A stretch of DNA of 64,000 nucleotides, counting the filler. It is 15 parts of 15 records of this genome, joined end to end, with 100 filler letters (N's around TTAATTAATTAA, not from the genome) between each part and the next. Parts side by side here need not be neighbours in the genome. Positions count along the whole stretch, not along the records: positions 56,555 to 60,893 come from SRR7504441_33506; positions 60,994 to 64,000 come from SRR7504441_63884; 13 more parts are not named here. One strand, 5' to 3'. The translations under genes were made by a program, and so were the position numbers. The notes under the pieces are model-generated. The model saw only the letters and a program-made list of their open reading frames with translations, was not told the DNA's origin and made no database searches. The stretch's first letter is position 1; each line of letters begins with the position of its first letter. Positions 57,773 to 64,000 of the stretch are shown one piece after another.

Positions 57773-60700
57773 TCAAGCACCGGTTGTACTTGTAGTGTTG
57801 CCTTGGAACTGCGGTGCATGGAGCGCCGCCTCAATCAACTCGGTGTCTTGCCTCTCTAGGCTCCGCACAAACTTGCGCAAGCTGAGTGCAATCTCGCTAG
57901 CATCTCCGGAACCTGGGAACATCCTCTTCACCTACCGACCAGTAACTACCCAGTAACGATCCATCACATTCACCTGCATGCCTGCCTCAAGCACTTGATC
58001 CATCTGCAAGCCGCATACTCAGCACGCCGAATAGACTATCAGACCTGTTGTCCAAGCAGGGCAAACTGATCGGCCATCACACCGAGATCAGCAACCAGTT
58101 CCTCCGGAGCAGACACTCGACTCACAATCTCCCAGCTGCGCTCGAGCATCGCTGCTTGCGCCCTGTGCTCCGACTCCAGCTGTGAGATCGAGCCCCCGCC
58201 GGAGGGCACACTCGTCTCGGCCTGAGGCCTTGTCAGCTCGACCGAGCAGCCTGGCACCTGCTCTCGAGCTAAATTAAGGTCGATGCTGCCCCGAGCACAC
58301 AGCGCCACGTACTCGAGCAGGTTTGCGGCAAGCCTCGAGCATCTGCAGCCTATGACAGGGCCCCCGACCCAGCCAGGCACCGGGTGTGCTGCAGGTTCTG
58401 GAGAGATATGAGCTCAAACCCTTTAATCTGCTGCTTGTTGAGCAAAGAGCCTACCATCCTGACCAGTCGGAGTAACGACACAAGCTCCGAGCCGCGAAGA
58501 AGGCTCCCAAACGCCGTCTCGAGCTGGTCCAAGTGGGTCTTGATGCTCCGTGTCCGGTCTGAATCACGCTCAACACCGTTGCAGCTGCAATGCGGGCCCA
58601 CCTGGGATGCAGATCCGGCTGAGCTCAAGCTCGGTCCGCAGACGAGCCTCGGCGCCGGCTCCGTGCAGCGCCCACAGAAACCTCTCTGTCTGGCTCAGCC
58701 CGGTCTGCTCGCTGCACTCATTGTGTCAGTTGAGATCATCCAATGGGTCCTCACCAACTCTGATGCGACCAGGCGCAAAACGCTGCCCTCAGGTGGTACA
58801 ACTCGAGCTGCCTAGCGTCTTCCGGACTCGGAAACGCCTGTGCGCTCACTGAGTCGATGCCACGGCACACTCACCTGGATGATAACCGACAAATCTGCGG
58901 CCGCCAGCTGACCGCGCATGCCCGACAGCTCCTCCAGCACGAACTCTGGCCGGTGCAGCAGCCTGCGTGAGGCCAGTTTGATCCCAATTAAATGAAGGTC
59001 ACATCGGAGCACACGCCGAACCGGGCCGGCAGGCTGGGCGCTCTCCCCGGGGCTGGGCTGAACCCTCCTGGAGAGTACGAACAGCCGGCCCGCATCTCGG
59101 CGCAGCCTCGCCCCAATTTCGGGGCGGAGTACCTGCGGCTGAGCTGAGCGTGTTATCCGGGTTGCTAGATGCACCTGAGCGGACCAGAGCAACGCTTCGG
59201 GTCCCGGCTGGAGGACAGTCCAATTCAGCCGCCGGAGAGAGCCGTGGGAGTCGCTCGGCCGGTCCAAGGCGGCTCTGACTTTTGCTGCGCCGGTAGAGTT
59301 ACAGCACCGGCCTAGCGCCTGTGGGGAGAGTGAGCATGGGCAGCGGGCGAAGAGGGTTTCCTGGAGGAAGTCGGACAGGTGAGTTAAGAGTTCGAATCCA
59401 GAGAGCGAGCTGCCGCACCACTCGACTAGCCGGGAGCAGGCCTGGTCAGCGGCGGCGTGTTGGTCAGAGAGCTGTTGAAGCGCGTGGAGGTCGAGTGAGT
59501 ACGTGTGTGGCCGGGTGCGAGGGTCGGCCTCTAGAGAGGCGACCTGGCTCCGGAGCGCGCTGAGCCGACGTCGCGCCACCTGCCGCAGCTGAGCAGCCGA
59601 CGGTTTAACGGACCTCAAACATCTCTGCGGAGTGGAAGCGGCGGAGCAGCTCGGCTGTGGGTGCCAGCAGATCCCTGCAGCCGGTCCTGCCCGGCGGTCG
59701 GTCGGGCAAGACCTGAGCGTGTCGAGGTGTCCGCTGGTTAGGATCTCAGAAGCAAGCACTGCGAGGTAATGCAACAGGTTTGCCTCGTCCAAATCCCGGC
59801 ACCTGCTCCGGTTTCTAAATATAAATGTCCGTTGAGACCTGGTGAGCGGGACCGCTTCGAGCGAGCTGAGCTCGATACCGGCTGCGTTGCAGTGATTCAA
59901 GCAATTCCCAACCGCCAGCACCAGATGAATTAAAACCTGCCGTTAGGAGTTCATCCACGGGCGGCCGCCAAGAGTGCCGTCAACGGCTCGAAGTCCAGCA
60001 CGGCTCTGCAGGCCGCTGCATGGCCTTGGAAGCAAAATGAAAGCTCTGCAGGCTCCTCCTTCAGCTGTCCTGCACAGCTCAGGCTGAGTGAGTGCTCCGG
60101 CCGGCGGGTGCCTCGCAGCTTTAAGAACTCGAGCCAAGGCCCAAACCTGCCAGGACCTCATCCCGTTAAATATATGATAATATATAATTATTATGTGCTC
60201 TATGAGATAGTAAGCGGATGGCATACTGGGGCAGTAGCACAGCGTCGCTTACCTCCGGTGGCTGGCCACGTAAATCATAAATTGCTCGGCCTCGCCCAGC
60301 CGGACGGTCGGATCGGCCGCCAGCCTCGCCTCAACGGCAGCCAGCTCGGTGTCCAGTGGCACGCACAGCTCTAGCGCCCGGATCGACTCAAGCCCGAACA
60401 ACGCTTCCACATTGAGCAGCTCCTCGCAGTACGTCTTGGCGAGCTCTGTCCAGCAGTCCAACGGCATTAACGGCGCGCTCAGCACGGCCGCGGCCAGCCT
60501 GCCGGGAGGCTAGCCCGTGCGCGCCGGGCGAGCTGACCGACGGCGGATGGGCGGGGGCAGTAGATGGTAAGCGGCTTGCGGGAGGCTCTGGGTCCAGTAG
60601 CCCGATGCGATCACCTGCGCCGCTTGGCGCCCGGCCCCGACCAGCCGGGCCGCCTGGACCAGCTCGTGCGAGGTCATCGGAAGATTCCGAAAGTGCGCCC

Positions 60701-60893
60701 GCGAGGCCACGTTGACCACCATCGCCCGCTCCGGGATCAGTAACTGCGCCCGGGCCGGCTGCACCCCCCATGGCTCGCCCGGGGCAGCTGGCGCCGGTCG
60801 GAACCTTCCTGGCCGGGCGGTCCGAGGCGGCCAGGCCCTCGCGGAATCGGAACAGCCTGCCAACCGTTCCGGAGCGGAGCGGGGGGGGGGGGC
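57773..60893 (-). CDS. Divergent formin with two FH2-like domains; multi-exon; 5'-truncated
   Basis: 'LGEAEQFM', 'LAVGNCLN..AAGIELSSL', 'NLLHYL', 'LRRLNW', 'MVGSLLN..IKGFELISL', 'NLLEYV'. Confidence 0.7.
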
Positions 60894-61202
60894 NNNNNNN
60901 NNNNNNNNNNNNNNNNNNNNNNNNNNNNNNNNNNNNNTTAATTAATTAANNNNNNNNNNNNNNNNNNNNNNNNNNNNNNNNNNNNNNNNNNNNATGGCGC
61001 TCACTTAGAGGTTACATGTAACCGATTATTAAGCTAACTGCTTGCCGGCCGGAACATTATGGTGTCATTTAGCTGGAAATGACATTAACGAGTGACTGCA
61101 GGTACTCACTCTAAGTGCACAGGTCCAACAGTGACCACAATCAAAAACATTCGTGTCGTCGCTAGTTGCTGTGTGATTAAGTTTGGGTTTCCCCTGAGTG
61201 GA

Positions 61203-63845
61203 TTAGTGTGCATCGATTGGTGGCAAGTGCAGGGCCGAAGTCTTTGCAGGTGTTGAATCTGCTTGTCTTGTATTTTCCAAGTCCCAGTCTGGCGTGCCTG
61301 CGTTGACATTACTTCCTATCCCGTGCTTGGTCACTTTGATGGGCTTGCTTGACGCCAAGGCTGGAGGCAGTGCTGCTCCTCCCACCCCGCCAACTTGTAC
61401 CTGCATCACCCGCTGATACTCGCCTTTGCCATCCATGACATCGTCCCGCCACTGGCCAGTGTACGAGTCCCCACTGGCATACGTGTATACACCAGACCCA
61501 TGCCGCTTACCAGCCTTCCATTGGCCCTCATACACATCACCAGCACACGGACCTGACATCCATTGGAACGTTCCCACTCCATGCATGATATCGTCTGTCC
61601 AGCCACCTTCATAAATGGACCCATCACTCTGAACATACTTGCCCTTGCCAATCTTTTTGCCATTTGAGAACTCGCCCTCGTAAATGTCTCCATTCTTATA
61701 TGAGAACTTACCATAGCCAACCATTGCATCCTGTGTAAACTCTCCCTCATACCGCTCTCCTGAGGGGAAGTAATACATGCCTTTTCCCTGCTTTTGCTCA
61801 TCCTTCCATCCGCCCTCAAAGATGCCTCCATCTGCGTGCATGTAGCACCCATGGCCTTGCTTCTTACCCTTATCAAACTGTCCATGGTACACGTCACCAG
61901 TCCGGTAGTGGAAACTCCCATATCCATTGATTACATCTGAATCCCAGGCACCCTCGTACCAATCGTGGGTGGGATAGACCATCTTGCCACTCCCAAATCG
62001 CTCATCATTGACCCATTCCCCCTCGTAAGATGAGCCGTCAGCATATACAAACAACCCCTTCCCCGTGATCCGCCCCTGACAAATTTCGCCAGCATACCGA
62101 GCCCCAGAAGCATAGCTGATCTTTCCAAACCCTTCAGGCAGGTCGTTCACCCACTCGCACTCGTACGTATCGCCACTTTCTTTGGTAAACTTGCCGACCC
62201 CAACACGCACCCCACCAGGCAGGAAGTGCCCCTCATGACTGCATCCAGCCTTTTCACCCCTGGCCCAAGTGAACACACCAAAACCCTTGGTCTCGCCCTC
62301 AACAAAGGCCCCACAGTACACATCCCCATTGCCATAATGCATGGTGCCCCGACCCGAGCGCACGTTCACCACAAACTCGCCCTCGTACCAGTCACCATTC
62401 CGGTAAAAATATGACCCAAACCCTTGAATCATGTCCCCCTGCCACGAGCCTCTGTACCATTCACCATTCATGTAGTGATAAGTCCCCGTGCCGTTCTTTC
62501 GATGCTCCTTCCAGCAGCCCTGAAATGTCTCCCCATTGGCATGCACCACGGAACCCTCTCCGCAGAGACCGTTGTTCTCCCAAACACCCTCGTACCGGTC
62601 ACCATTTGCGCACACCAGCACACCCTTGCCGTTCATTGCGCCGTCCCGCCACGTCCCTGTGTACTTGTCGTTGTTAGGAAAGCTCATCTCGACCTCAAAG
62701 TCGCCCACCATTGCATCATTCTCAAAGTTGCCTCGGAAAATATCACCATCATCAAAGTAGTATATGCCCGGACCGTGCTTTAGATTATGCAGAAACCCCC
62801 CCTCATACACGTCACCAGTGAGCGGTCCCGAAGTCCAGGTGAAGATCCCGTGCCCATGTCTCATTCCGTCTTGCCAGTCACCCTCATAGAAGTTTTCATC
62901 CGCCCACACATAGACCCCTTTGCCCTGCTGCTTCCCCTGCTCCCACAGGCCCTGATACCACTCTCCAGTACTCCAGTAGTATGTACCCTCCCCGTCGAAT
63001 TTATTCTGATTGTATTGCCCCTCGTAACTGCCACCAGCAGTCAGACAACCAAGACCGTGGCTGCCTCACCGGTCGCCCGTCCTCTTTCCACTCAGGTAGA
63101 TCATCGTGCCATCGCCATGCCTTTTATCTTCAGCCCATTCACCGGAGAAGATGTTTCCAAACCTGTCACACGTTCAGCCCGCCCACCACAGCAGCTCACC
63201 CTGAAAAGAATTCGCCTTTGCCATGTCGCTTTCCATTTAGCCACTCTCCCTTGTAGCGGTCGTGTGTGAAGCTCCAATTGAATGTCCCTTCACCTGCCGG
63301 GTAGGCTCGGCACCAGCCCTGACCAGCTAGCCGGCTGCACCCGATGGTTTGCCGTCTTCAAAGTCACCCAAGTACCGGTCTCCGTTCTGCCACGCACCGC
63401 TTCGGCCAGCGCCTACACCAACCACTGACCTTCCAAACAAACATGCCACGGCCGTCGAACTTGCCCTCCGACGAGAAGTCACCCTCATAGCTGCCCGCGG
63501 CTCTGCCCAGCCTTAGCAGCGCCGGCACCTGCTGCCGTCTGGAAATGCAATGTTCTGGTAGTAGGCACCACCCTCCATAAAGTGCCTGTTGCCGTCCTGA
63601 TAGTCCACGGGCACGTTCCGCCGGAACTGCTCCCGGTCGTCCCGGAGCGAGGGCACCCGTCCTTTGAGGATCTGCTGGGCGAATTTGGGCGGGTGTTTTT
63701 TGGGCGGCTCCGAGTGCCACTGGGGGCCCCGTCAGGTGGGACGGCGGGGGGGGGGGTGGGGGACCTGAGTGGTGGAGGACGGAATCATGTACGCCGGCTT
63801 GGTGTTCTGCGAAGCCAAGATAGGCTCCCCGCTGATAGACGCCAT
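61203..63845 (-). CDS. MORN-repeat protein; introns in the 5' part
   Basis: More than 20 repeats of YEGxWxxGxxxGxG. Confidence 0.92.
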
Positions 63846-63972
63846 CTCGGACCGCCGTCACACTCGCACGCACTCACGGCGCATCGGCGCAAAAATGGAA
63901 CACGAAGTCCGTTGCCGAGTCGTGAGTGACCTCTCAAGTGGGTCATCGCAGGTGTACCAAAGCCCCGACGAC

Positions 63973-64000
63973 ATGCAGATCTTCGTGAAGACCCTGACCG
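63973..64000 (+). CDS. Ubiquitin or ubiquitin fusion, N-terminus only
   Basis: ATGCAGATCTTCGTGAAGACCCTGACCG = MQIFVKTLT. Confidence 0.9.

Noticed and set aside
3151-60993. Recurring TTAATTAATTAA flanked by Ns as a biological repeat
   Set aside because: Fixed 100-nt six-frame-stop linker added when contigs were concatenated
1-64000. An operon or gene-cluster system spanning the window (nuclease, helicase, deaminase, glycosylase as a defence island)
   Set aside because: These genes lie on different contigs of a eukaryote, so their adjacency is artificial

Overview
Not a continuous chromosome. The window holds 15 short contigs of a gene-dense, GC-rich eukaryotic (protist-type) draft genome, joined by 14 artificial 100-nt linkers (44 N + TTAATTAATTAA + 44 N), so gene order across linkers is meaningless. 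Genes have tiny spliceosomal introns (about 36-60 nt, GT-AG and some GC-AG, CTGAC-type branch site, G-rich 3' end), and many sit head-to-head. Recognisable products: carotenoid oxygenase, importin-beta-like protein, V-ATPase c'' subunit, Sec14, syntaxin-5, OS-9-like lectin, deaminase, ferlin, CLC channel, NIPA, DHHC-like protein, EEP hydrolase, cullin, formin, MORN protein and ubiquitin. Four things stand out. (1) A ferlin whose C-terminal membrane anchor is followed by a phage-tailspike/MYRF-type self-cleaving chaperone (peptidase S74) domain. (2) A region at 19.7-21.2 kb where pieces of genes are joined in scrambled order and orientation, with every inferred junction on GCGG/CCGC; similar joints appear on other contigs, and this may be real rearrangement or an amplification chimera. 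(3) Unusual fusions: MBD4-like + UDG-like glycosylase, PIN nuclease + DEAH helicase, FAD oxidoreductase + GH32. (4) A DHHC enzyme reading DHFS. All family assignments come from motif recognition by eye; no database was searched.
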